Shown one piece after another: positions 28,907-37,204 of a DNA stretch of 64,000 bases. Numbering within the stretch: position 1 is the stretch's first letter; every line of letters begins with the position of its first letter. Source of the DNA: Candidatus Shapirobacteria bacterium. Lineage in GTDB: Bacteria > Patescibacteriota > Microgenomatia > UBA12405. The notes under the pieces were generated by a model. That model was not told the DNA's origin. It saw only the letters and a program-made list of their open reading frames with translations, and ran no database searches. The stretch covers positions 483,324-547,323 of the forward strand of contig JACPHO010000001.1 in assembly GCA_016188545.1 (NCBI GenBank), in the 5' to 3' direction. The translations under genes and the position numbers were made by a program.

Positions 28907-30121
28907 ATGGCCCGAATATTACTAATCACTCACATTTCCCCACCTGCCGTTGATGGTGGATCTAGAGTTATCCACAAAGTAGGGGAGTATCTTGAACGCA
29001 GTGGACATGAAGTAGCCTCACTCAGTAGTGACGCCAGCTCCACTGATGACTTCTCCCACCCGTATTCTAAAGTTCCAAAGCTCCAAAGTTCTAAAGCTCT
29101 ATATTTTCGTCTTCCTGTCTACACAATTTTTCACCGCCCATTAAAATTACTCTCTCGACTCCTTCCTATTTTTAATGTCTTCGCCAAAGGTCCTGTCTTT
29201 AAAATTATTCCCTTTTTAAAATTTTTGACTTTTTACCTCCGATTTAAGCCTGACTATATTATTGCCGGACCACTCCCAACCACCATCGCCCTCTATGCCA
29301 ATTTTCTAAAATTTCTATCTAAAACTCTAACGTTCCACAGTACTAAAGTTCTAATAAACTCTTCCTTTCATCCTACCGACAAAGATTTCCACAACCCACT
29401 TTTAATTCAAGCTCTCAAATCCTTCGATTTTCTCTGGACTCTAACCGACTATGAAACAAATTATTTTCATCAGCATTTTGGAATACCATTGTCCAAAATG
29501 ATAAACGTGGGTAATGGCGTCGATAGTTCCCTTTTAACTAAAGCTCCAAAGCTCCATAGTTCTAAAGCTCCAAAGCTCATTTTCCTTGGTTCTTTCGCCT
29601 CCCACAAAGGCATCGAAACTATTATTGATGCCTTTATTGTTTTAACTAAAGATCTAAAGTTCAAAAGTTCTAAAGAACTAACACTGACTCTTGCCGGTCA
29701 ACCCACTCTATATTCCTCATTTATCGAAAGTAAGATCAAAAAACTTCCACAAAAGGTTCGTTCTCGAATTAATGTAGTTTATAAATTCAAAACTAAAGAT
29801 CTAAAGTTCCTCCTCGACCAGAGCTCTGTCTTAATTTCTGCTTCATCCCAAGAAAGTTTTGGCATAGTCCTACTTGAGGCCATGGCCAGAGGTGTCCCCG
29901 TTATTGGCTCGGACATCCCCGCCACTTCCGAACTGATTCGTCGATCAGGTGCCGGCCTAACCTTTAAAACAGGAGATCCTGTCGATTTGGTTAAAAAAAT
30001 TATTTTTCTAAATATTTCCAAAGATCTAAAGCTCTATAGTTCCAAAGGGCGAAGCTATGCTTCCAATCATACTTGGGATAGAATAGGAGAGTCACTATGG
30101 CAAAAAATATCATCCTCATAA
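28907..30121 (+). CDS. Glycosyltransferase family 4 carrying six in-frame copies of the 8-bp-subunit repeat element
   Basis: ARILLITHISPPAVDGGS (GT4 N-terminus) and ESFGIVLLEAMARGVPVIGS (EX7E). Repeat-encoded inserts are SKVPKLQSSKAL, LTKAPKLHSSKAPKL, KDLKFKSSKELTL, KDLKF and KDLKLYSSKG. Confidence 0.75.
   Translation: MARILLITHISPPAVDGGSRVIHKVGEYLERSGHEVASLSSDASSTDDFSHPYSKVPKLQSSKALYFRLPVYTIFHRPLKLLSRLLPIFNVFAKGPVFKIIPFLKFLTFYLRFKPDYIIAGPLPTTIALYANFLKFLSKTLTFHSTKVLINSSFHPTDKDFHNPLLIQALKSFDFLWTLTDYETNYFHQHFGIPLSKMINVGNGVDSSLLTKAPKLHSSKAPKLIFLGSFASHKGIETIIDAFIVLTKDLKFKSSKELTLTLAGQPTLYSSFIESKIKKLPQKVRSRINVVYKFKTKDLKFLLDQSSVLISASSQESFGIVLLEAMARGVPVIGSDIPATSELIRRSGAGLTFKTGDPVDLVKKIIFLNISKDLKLYSSKGRSYASNHTWDRIGESLWQKISSS
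29065..29104 (+). repeat. 8-bp-subunit repeat element (5 units)
   Basis: ttctaaag ttccaaag ctccaaag ttctaaag ctctatat. Confidence 0.7.
29304..29358 (+). repeat. Degenerate 8-bp-subunit repeat element
   Basis: ttctaaaa tttctatc taaaactc taacgttc ... taaagttc taataaac. Confidence 0.45.
29536..29578 (+). repeat. 8-bp-subunit repeat element (5 units)
   Basis: aactaaag ctccaaag ctccatag ttctaaag ctccaaag. Confidence 0.7.
29644..29683 (+). repeat. 8-bp-subunit repeat element (4-5 units)
   Basis: aactaaag atctaaag ttcaaaag ttctaaag aactaaca. Confidence 0.7.
29791..29806 (+). repeat. 8-bp-subunit repeat, 2 units
   Basis: aactaaag atctaaag. Confidence 0.4.
30016..30047 (+). repeat. 8-bp-subunit repeat element (4 units)
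   Basis: ttccaaag atctaaag ctctatag ttccaaag. Confidence 0.7.
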
Positions 30122-30558
30122 TCGCTCTTGGCATATTTTCGTTCATTATATATCGAACTTTTTTCGTAAATATTCCTCTTCAAAAAGCCAATGTAAATAT
30201 AAAAGGCCAAGAATATACACTGGAAATCGCTTCGACTATATCTCAAAAATCAAAAGGTCTAATGAAACGAAATTCACTATGTTCAAACTGTGGCATGATC
30301 TTCGTCTCCGAAGCTCCTAGCGAACAAATCTTTTGGATGAAAAATACCCTAATTCCCCTTGATATTATTTTCCTTGATCCTGATGGAAAAGTTATCAATA
30401 TCGAGAGTGCTGTACCCCAACCATCTGTTCCCGATCTACAACTTAAGCTGTACCGTAGCACCGCACCGTCACAATTTGTCATCGAACTAAACAGTGGCGA
30501 AGCTAAAAAACTAAACCTTGTTCCAGGTGATGTAATTAATGTACCTTCTGGAATGTGA
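30097..30558 (+). CDS. DUF192 domain protein
   Basis: N-terminal TM helix. GMKRNSLCSNCGMIFVS...WMKNTLIPLDIIFLDPDGKVINI matches the conserved DUF192 (COG1430) core. Confidence 0.55.
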   Translation: MAKNIILIIALGIFSFIIYRTFFVNIPLQKANVNIKGQEYTLEIASTISQKSKGLMKRNSLCSNCGMIFVSEAPSEQIFWMKNTLIPLDIIFLDPDGKVINIESAVPQPSVPDLQLKLYRSTAPSQFVIELNSGEAKKLNLVPGDVINVPSGM

Positions 30559-31484
30559 CCAACAAACCAAAAGCTCTAAAGCTCCAAAGTTCTAAAGTCC
30601 CATACTTTAGTATTGTTATTCCCAACTACAACGGTGCTGCCTTTATAGAACCGTGTTTATTGGCTCTTAAAAAAGCCATATCCCAATGCCCTAGTTCACT
30701 TTTTGAAATAATCCTGGTCGATAACGGCTCCACTGACACAAGCACAGATATTTTTATCAAAGTTCTTAGTTCATTGAAAATTGAAAATTCCTGCCTGCCG
30801 GCAGGCAGGGTAAATTTGAAAATTATTCGTCTCCAGACGAATCATGGTTTTGCCACCGCAGTCAACAAAGGCATCGTCGCCTCAAAATACGATTATGTCT
30901 GTGTACTCAATAACGATCTAAACCTTGAACCAAACTGGTTTGATCATATTTCCAAAGCGATAACAAATAATCCCAATTTCTCAACTTTCTGTGGCACTGT
31001 ACTATCCTATGACGGATCAAAGATTGAGTCTCAAGGACTTCGCTATTTTATGTCTGGTCGCTGCGAAAACATAAATAATGGAAAGCCCTTCTCAACTAAA
31101 GTTCTAAAGCTCAAAAGTTCTAAAGTTCCAGTCTGGGGTAGCTCTGCCGCTGTAGTTGTCTACCAAAAGTCAGCCATAACCAAAGTCGGCCTGTTTGACG
31201 AATCATTCTTTGCTTATATTGAAGACGTTGATTTGGCTTATCGCCTCCAAAAAAGTGGCTTCAAAAGCTTACTAATCCCCAAGGCAATTTCCTATCATAT
31301 GGGTGGTCGAACCAGCGACAGTATGGGTACACTCCGCCAATACTACACCCTACGCAATTGGATAAAGTTAATTACAAAAAATTATTCAAAGAGAGAATTA
31401 GTTACCAACTTACCATCAATCTCGATCGAAAGACTACGCAATCTATCGTATTTGATCCGATCTTCTCTTATAATTAAACAATAA
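30555..31484 (+). CDS. Glycosyltransferase family 2
   Basis: YFSIVIPNYNGAAFIEPCLLAL...ILVDNGSTDTS. Contains an internal repeat-encoded STKVLKLKSSKVP. Confidence 0.75.
   Translation: MTNKPKALKLQSSKVPYFSIVIPNYNGAAFIEPCLLALKKAISQCPSSLFEIILVDNGSTDTSTDIFIKVLSSLKIENSCLPAGRVNLKIIRLQTNHGFATAVNKGIVASKYDYVCVLNNDLNLEPNWFDHISKAITNNPNFSTFCGTVLSYDGSKIESQGLRYFMSGRCENINNGKPFSTKVLKLKSSKVPVWGSSAAVVVYQKSAITKVGLFDESFFAYIEDVDLAYRLQKSGFKSLLIPKAISYHMGGRTSDSMGTLRQYYTLRNWIKLITKNYSKRELVTNLPSISIERLRNLSYLIRSSLIIKQ
30566..30597 (+). repeat. 8-bp-subunit repeat element (4 units) spanning the start of the downstream GT2
   Basis: accaaaag ctctaaag ctccaaag ttctaaag. Encodes KPKALKLQSSKVP at the GT2 N-terminus. Confidence 0.7.
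31094..31125 (+). repeat. 8-bp-subunit repeat element (4 units) inside the GT2
   Basis: aactaaag ttctaaag ctcaaaag ttctaaag. Confidence 0.7.
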
Positions 31485-31487
31485 TAT

Positions 31488-32630
31488 ATGATTATCGGTA
31501 TTGACGTTTCCGCAATTCCCTATGGCACCGGAGTCAGTAATTACACTTCAAATCTGGTCCGTAACCTTGTTTTAATAGATCATAAAAATCAATACAAACT
31601 GTTTTTCTCCTCACTTCGCCAACCGCTACCTCTAGAAATTAGTGAGCTAATTAAATACAAAAACGTCACCATATACCATCATTACTTACCACCAACTCTT
31701 CTATCATATCTTTGGAATGATCTTCATATACTTCCAATTGAAATGTTTATTGGTCGCTGCGACGTGTTTCACACCTGGGACTGGACTCATCCTCCCACAA
31801 CCAAAGCTAAGACCATCACCACTGTCCACGACTTTGTACCTTTTCTATTTCCAGAAGATCAACACCCCCGTACAATTGCTACTTTTAAAAAGAAACTCTC
31901 ACATGCTGCCCGGGAATGTCTCCATTTTATCTGTGTTTCTCAAAGCACCAAAGATGACCTAACTCGGATTTTCCCAGGCATTAGTCTCGATAAAATATCT
32001 GTCATTTATGAAGCTGCTGAAAAAAAGTTTGACCAATTTCACAAACTGTCTCTAAAAGATCGTCAACAAAAAATTGCCAAAATTCACCAACAATACGGGT
32101 TATCTAACTTTATTCTAACCCAAGGCACTCGTGAGCCCCGTAAAAATTTGCACCGACTTATCAAAGCTTTTACTTTATTCAAAAAAGAGCATCCCACCTC
32201 AAAAGTCGAACTGGCCATCTCCGGAAAGTACGGCTGGGGAGAAGATGTCTCTCCACCGGGGGACAACTCCGTCAAAGTACTTGGCTATATTCCTGAAAAA
32301 GATTTGGTAGCCCTCCATGCCAGTGCCCTTTGCCTGGCATACCCCAGTACTTACGAAGGTTTTGGTTTGCCCATTATCAAATCGATGAAGGTTGGTACTC
32401 CGGTCATCACTAGTAACCTCTCCTCACTCGCTGAAGTCGCCGGACTGGCTGCTCTCCTTGTCAACCCCACTAGCACCAAGGAACTAACCGACGCTATTAC
32501 CAAAATCGTTAATTCACCCACACTTAGGAGAACCCTTATAAATCGAGGTTACCGCCAAGCAGCCAAATTTTCTTGGACTAAAACCGCTTCACAAACCCTG
32601 GCAATTTATGAAAAAGTCGCCTCACAATAA
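31488..32630 (+). CDS. Glycosyltransferase family 4
   Basis: MIIGIDVSAIPYGTGVSNYT N-terminus. EGFGLPIIKSMKVGTPVITSNLSSLAEV (EX7E). Confidence 0.8.
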   Translation: MIIGIDVSAIPYGTGVSNYTSNLVRNLVLIDHKNQYKLFFSSLRQPLPLEISELIKYKNVTIYHHYLPPTLLSYLWNDLHILPIEMFIGRCDVFHTWDWTHPPTTKAKTITTVHDFVPFLFPEDQHPRTIATFKKKLSHAARECLHFICVSQSTKDDLTRIFPGISLDKISVIYEAAEKKFDQFHKLSLKDRQQKIAKIHQQYGLSNFILTQGTREPRKNLHRLIKAFTLFKKEHPTSKVELAISGKYGWGEDVSPPGDNSVKVLGYIPEKDLVALHASALCLAYPSTYEGFGLPIIKSMKVGTPVITSNLSSLAEVAGLAALLVNPTSTKELTDAITKIVNSPTLRRTLINRGYRQAAKFSWTKTASQTLAIYEKVASQ

Positions 32631-32653
32631 TATGTTAAGCAAATAATTATTAT

Positions 32654-32685
32654 TTCTAAAGATCTATAGCACTAAAGCTCTAGAG
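32654..32685 (+). repeat. 8-bp-subunit repeat element (4 units), intergenic
   Basis: ttctaaag atctatag cactaaag ctctagag, just upstream of the GT4 start at 32695. Confidence 0.7.
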
Positions 32686-32694
32686 CACCAATCA

Positions 32695-33804
32695 ATGAAC
32701 ATTGGAATAGATGCCAACGAAGCCAACCTGACCGTCCGTGTCGGAGTCGGTCAGTATGCATTCAATGTCATTTGGGAACTTTACCGTCAGGACCAAAAAA
32801 ATACTTATCATGTTTACTTAAAACAACCACCCCTCTTAGATATGCCTGTGCAAAGGGAAAACTGGCACTATCACGTCTTTGGTCCGCAAAAGTTATGGAC
32901 TATTATCGGTCTACCTCTAAGGCTCTTCACTCAATCAATAAAACTGGATATCTTCTGGTCACCTAGTCATTATTCACCACGATTTTCCCCGGTTCCCACC
33001 ATTCCTACCATTCATGACTTGGGTTACCTCCAATCCCTTGATCAGTTTAATTCTAAAGATATCTATCAACTAGTAAATTGGACTAAGCATTCACTTTACA
33101 AAGCCCACCACATCGTGGCCGTCTCCGAATTTACCAAGAGTGAAATCAATCGTATCTATAATATTGATTTAAAAAAGATAACTGTAGTACCCAATGGAGT
33201 AGGGGAAATCCCGATTACTTCTGACAAAGATTTTAGTAATGTGAAGAAAAAATTCGGCATTGCCAATCCATACTTCCTCTATCTAGGAACCCTCAAACCA
33301 AACAAGAACATTCCATTCCTAATAAATTCCTTCTCTGAATTTCTAAAGCTCCAAAGCTCTAAAGTTCACCAGTACCAATTAGTTATCGCCGGTAAAAAAG
33401 GCTGGCAGTACGATTCTATTTTTTCTCAGGTAACCGCAAGAGAATTGGAAAAATCTGTCATCTTTACCGATTATATTAGTGAACTAGAAAAGTGGACACT
33501 CTATAAAAACGCCATCGCATCGGTACTTCCTAGCACCTACGAAGGTTTTGGTATTCCAGCCATAGAGAGCCAAAAGTCAAAAGTTCCCGTCATCGCCAGT
33601 GACATTCCCTCATACCGAGAAGTTCTTTTAGATTCTGCCATTATTATTGACCCGACTAGTACTTCTTCCCTAACCCAAGCCATGATCGATATCCAATCCC
33701 CGCCACTTCGCAAAAAACTAATAGTCCTGGGAACAATCCAAGCCAACCATTACACCTGGGCAGCTTCAGCCCAAAAGCTTATTAAGACGTTCAATAAGGT
33801 ATAA
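32695..33804 (+). CDS. Glycosyltransferase family 4
   Basis: MNIGIDANEANLTVRVGVGQYAF. EGFGIPAIESQKSKVPVIASDIPSYREV. Contains repeat-encoded EFLKLQSSKVH. Confidence 0.75.
   Translation: MNIGIDANEANLTVRVGVGQYAFNVIWELYRQDQKNTYHVYLKQPPLLDMPVQRENWHYHVFGPQKLWTIIGLPLRLFTQSIKLDIFWSPSHYSPRFSPVPTIPTIHDLGYLQSLDQFNSKDIYQLVNWTKHSLYKAHHIVAVSEFTKSEINRIYNIDLKKITVVPNGVGEIPITSDKDFSNVKKKFGIANPYFLYLGTLKPNKNIPFLINSFSEFLKLQSSKVHQYQLVIAGKKGWQYDSIFSQVTARELEKSVIFTDYISELEKWTLYKNAIASVLPSTYEGFGIPAIESQKSKVPVIASDIPSYREVLLDSAIIIDPTSTSSLTQAMIDIQSPPLRKKLIVLGTIQANHYTWAASAQKLIKTFNKV
33341..33364 (+). repeat. 8-bp-subunit repeat element (3 units) inside the GT4
   Basis: ttctaaag ctccaaag ctctaaag. Confidence 0.65.
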
Positions 33805-33811
33805 TTCAACT

Positions 33812-34405
33812 ATGAATGAGTACGTTGGTCAAAAAGTAAATTTGAGCAACATTATCCCCAAAACTATCAATCGTCTGATGACTATTGGATTAGAGTTTTG
33901 GCTCTACATCCTCCGCCTTGTTGGTTATATCCCTAGTCATCTTATTCGCAAATTTTTCTACAACCTCTCGGGAATGGATCTCCCCCTCGACTCCACCATT
34001 CACCTCGGAGCCAATTTTTTTAATCCTAGTGGTATTAAGATCGGTCATGATTCCATCATTGGTAGTCGTTGTTTTCTCGACGGCCGGGCAGCCCTCACTA
34101 TCGGCAACCACAGTAGTCTGGCATCTGAGGTCATGATCTACAACGACGAACACAACATCCACTCCAATACCTACGATAATTCATTCGGCCCAGTTACTAT
34201 CGGCGATTATGTCTTTGTCGGACCCCGTTCGATTATTTTACCTAACGTTACTATTGGTAACGGCGCAGTTATTGCTGCCGGAGCAGTGGTAACAAAAGAT
34301 GTCCCAGCTTTTGAAGTATGGGGCGGAGTCCCTGCCAAAAAGATCTCCGATCGTCGCATAAAAAAACCCAGTTACAACCTTGGACGAGTGATGCTCTTTC
34401 AATAA
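33812..34405 (+). CDS. Hexapeptide-repeat acyl/acetyltransferase
   Basis: IGHDSIIGSRCFLDGRAALTIGNHSSLASEVMI...IGDYVFVGPRSIILPNVTIGNGAVIAAGAVV. Confidence 0.75.
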   Translation: MNEYVGQKVNLSNIIPKTINRLMTIGLEFWLYILRLVGYIPSHLIRKFFYNLSGMDLPLDSTIHLGANFFNPSGIKIGHDSIIGSRCFLDGRAALTIGNHSSLASEVMIYNDEHNIHSNTYDNSFGPVTIGDYVFVGPRSIILPNVTIGNGAVIAAGAVVTKDVPAFEVWGGVPAKKISDRRIKKPSYNLGRVMLFQ

Positions 34406-34406
34406 C

Positions 34407-34946
34407 ATGAATAAAGTTCTGATAATCTTTTTGGTATTTTTCAATATATTAGCTGTCGCTTATTTGTCGGTTCCTCTTCCGCACATTCCTGAGCTCACTA
34501 ATTCAGTCCGCTCAACGCTCCCTGGTGACACTACTCAGCTAGTAAATGTCTCTGGTTTCTTTACCAACCTTTCTCGAACAGAAGTGATTACTTTCTACAA
34601 AGCCAACCTTAATGGCCCAATGCGAATTCAACTAAATCACCCTCCCGAAAAGTCTAAAGAAGTCATCACCGATACCATTCAAAGCTATTATCTCGAAGAA
34701 TTTGTCTTTCCTTTCAAAGGCTCAGTTTTTATCAATGGCTACGATTGGCAAAATGATGTCTTCACCAAACCGGAAAAGCGTATCGCCAACAAATTGATCT
34801 ATAACGGGGCAGAGTACCAATCAAAAATTACCGTCAAAACATACCCCACCACCCTCCCGCAGAGATTGATTGGATTTTTTGGAAGCGAACTATTATTACT
34901 CGCCATTTTTTGGTGTTATCGCAGTTTCCTCACAAAACATGAATAA
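34407..34946 (+). CDS. Hypothetical membrane-anchored protein
   Basis: N- and C-terminal hydrophobic helices. No motif. Confidence 0.3.
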   Translation: MNKVLIIFLVFFNILAVAYLSVPLPHIPELTNSVRSTLPGDTTQLVNVSGFFTNLSRTEVITFYKANLNGPMRIQLNHPPEKSKEVITDTIQSYYLEEFVFPFKGSVFINGYDWQNDVFTKPEKRIANKLIYNGAEYQSKITVKTYPTTLPQRLIGFFGSELLLLAIFWCYRSFLTKHE

Positions 34947-35829
34947 ACCCATCCTCTCAATCATCATCGTCAACTGGAATACTGCCGATATTACCGTCGA
35001 TTGTATCAAGTCTATATTTACCGATAAGGGTCTAAAAGAGACCCCTTACGAGATAATCATGGTCGACAATGCCAGCACCGATGATAGTGTTGCTAAGGTA
35101 AAAAAACTCAAAGGACCAATTAAAATAATAGTCAATAAAGAAAACATTGGTTTTGGTCGAGCCAACAACCAAGGTTTAGAAATCTCCCAAGGAAATTATA
35201 TTCTCCTCCTTAATACTGACACTCTCATTCTTCATAGTGCCATTAGCCAGTCGCTTGATTGGCTTAGTAGCCACCCCGAGAGTTATGGTTGCACCGCCCA
35301 GCTTCTCAATAAAGACAAAACCATCCAACCCAGCGGCGGTTACTTTCCCAACATTAGGAATATCTCTTCTCTGCTACTCCATCTGGACGACCTGCCTTTT
35401 GTTAATTCCCTAACTCCCCCTTACCACCCACATTCTCCCGACTTTTATACTCATGACAAATACTATCTCAAAGATCATCCCCAAGATTGGGTAACCGGTG
35501 CATTTATGTTGGTGCGTCGCGAAATGATTACCAAGGTCAGAGGTTTCAATCCGGACTTTTTTATGTACGGGGAAGAAATGGAAATGTGTTACCGCATCCA
35601 CCAACAGTTTCCCACCCTTCAACTTTGGTATCTAGTCAGTCCCCAAATAATTCACTTGGGCGGAGCCTCTTCTACCAGTAAACAAATTATTTATGACCGG
35701 GAATATGAAGGTATCATCATGTTTTTCCGAATGCATCGATCCCGTCTTGAACAGTGGCTTTTAAAATACCTCATATCCATCAATCGTTTTCTCCAGTTAC
35801 ATCTTTACAAATATTTACGCCGTGTTTAA
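34939..35829 (+). CDS. Glycosyltransferase family 2
   Basis: MNKPILSIIIVNWNTADITVDCIKSI...IIMVDNASTDDS. Start set at the internal ATG, which overlaps the upstream stop. Confidence 0.75.
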   Translation: MNKPILSIIIVNWNTADITVDCIKSIFTDKGLKETPYEIIMVDNASTDDSVAKVKKLKGPIKIIVNKENIGFGRANNQGLEISQGNYILLLNTDTLILHSAISQSLDWLSSHPESYGCTAQLLNKDKTIQPSGGYFPNIRNISSLLLHLDDLPFVNSLTPPYHPHSPDFYTHDKYYLKDHPQDWVTGAFMLVRREMITKVRGFNPDFFMYGEEMEMCYRIHQQFPTLQLWYLVSPQIIHLGGASSTSKQIIYDREYEGIIMFFRMHRSRLEQWLLKYLISINRFLQLHLYKYLRRV

Positions 35830-37204
35830 AAGATTCTCTATTCTACGCCCCATCTTAGCGGTACTGATTATTTTCATTCCTCTGTATCCAAAATTTCCTC
35901 TGGCCTCAGTCACCGGCACTTATGTTGCTATCCGTTTGGACGATATTATCGTCAGTGTGGCCCTTCTATTTTGGCTTATTTATCAAATTCGCCACAAATT
36001 TCCAGTATTACGCGAACCGGTTACCAAGCTTTTTGTCGCCTATCTTTTGGCCATAATTATAAGTTTTGTCAATGCCTATTTCATCAATCAAACCGAACCT
36101 ACCAATATTCTATTGTTCCATTTACTTCGCCGCTTTGAATACATCTCTTTGTTTTTCTTAACTATTTCTACCACCAAAGAATACCCTCACCTCAGAGAAT
36201 TCTATATATTCCTTGCCTTGGCCACAGCCGGTGTACTGGCTTACGGATTTGGTCAAAAATATTATAGTCTGCCAGTCATCTCCACCATGAATTCCGAGTT
36301 TAGTAAAGGTCAACTACTCCAAATGGACAACTGGACCAGAATTAGTTCGACATTTGCCGGACACTATGACCTGGCAGCTTTTTTAAGTATCGTTCTGGTC
36401 TTAATCGGGGGAGTTATCATTACTCAAAAGAACATATGGTTAAAGATTATCAATATAATTCTATGGCTTTTATCTTTCCAGGTTCTAACCCTAACTGCTT
36501 CCAGAGTCTCAATTTTTGCTTTCTACGGTGGCATGTGTTTGGCAATACTTTTACTTAAAAAATATTTTTGGATTGTCCCGGTTACCATTGTTTTTGCTTT
36601 TAGCCTCTCCAACTCCAAGGATCTCAATCAACGACTTCTCGCCACCATTCCTGCTCTAAAAAATCAATTCTTCCCACTCCCAAAACCAACCGCCACCCCC
36701 GTCCTCGTCGTCCTTCCAACCACTCCGCCAGTAGCTGTAGTCGTCACCCCTATTATCGTTAAGATAACTCCACTCCCAACTATTATCCGCAAAGGTCCGA
36801 TTGAAGAGCAAATCCCCATAGACACCGACGTTGGAGTTGCCCGTTCTGGTGAAATTCGTTTCAACGCCGAATGGCCCCGGGCAATTACTGCCTTTAAGAA
36901 GAACGTCCTCTTTGGTACCGGCCTTGGTTCCATCACTTTAGCTACTGACAATGATTATCTGCGCTTATTGGGTGAAAGCGGCTCAGTCGGGTTTATTACA
37001 TTTATGTTAATTTTTGTGTACTTTACCATCCGTACAATCAAAAACCGCTCCAGTCCTGCCATAATTTTCTTCGCTGCCATGATTACCTTTATGATCAATG
37101 CCACTCTAATTGACGTCTTTGAGGCATCAAAAGCCGCCTATTTATTTTGGATCATGATGGGTTTCTATTACCAGGTCTTAAACCAAAAAAAAGTTACTAA
37201 ATGA
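35822..37204 (+). CDS. O-antigen ligase / polymerase-like (Wzy_C family) membrane protein with Pro/Thr/Val-rich linker
   Basis: About 10 TM helices. Low-complexity linker PKPTATPVLVVLPTTPPVAVVVTPIIVKITPLPT. C-terminal TM helices. Confidence 0.5.
   Translation: MFKRFSILRPILAVLIIFIPLYPKFPLASVTGTYVAIRLDDIIVSVALLFWLIYQIRHKFPVLREPVTKLFVAYLLAIIISFVNAYFINQTEPTNILLFHLLRRFEYISLFFLTISTTKEYPHLREFYIFLALATAGVLAYGFGQKYYSLPVISTMNSEFSKGQLLQMDNWTRISSTFAGHYDLAAFLSIVLVLIGGVIITQKNIWLKIINIILWLLSFQVLTLTASRVSIFAFYGGMCLAILLLKKYFWIVPVTIVFAFSLSNSKDLNQRLLATIPALKNQFFPLPKPTATPVLVVLPTTPPVAVVVTPIIVKITPLPTIIRKGPIEEQIPIDTDVGVARSGEIRFNAEWPRAITAFKKNVLFGTGLGSITLATDNDYLRLLGESGSVGFITFMLIFVYFTIRTIKNRSSPAIIFFAAMITFMINATLIDVFEASKAAYLFWIMMGFYYQVLNQKKVTK

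Noticed and set aside
29065-33364. Possible CRISPR array given many short direct repeats
   Set aside because: The repeats are 8-bp subunits in tandem without unique spacers of regular length. They lie inside ORFs. No cas genes are present. This is not a CRISPR.
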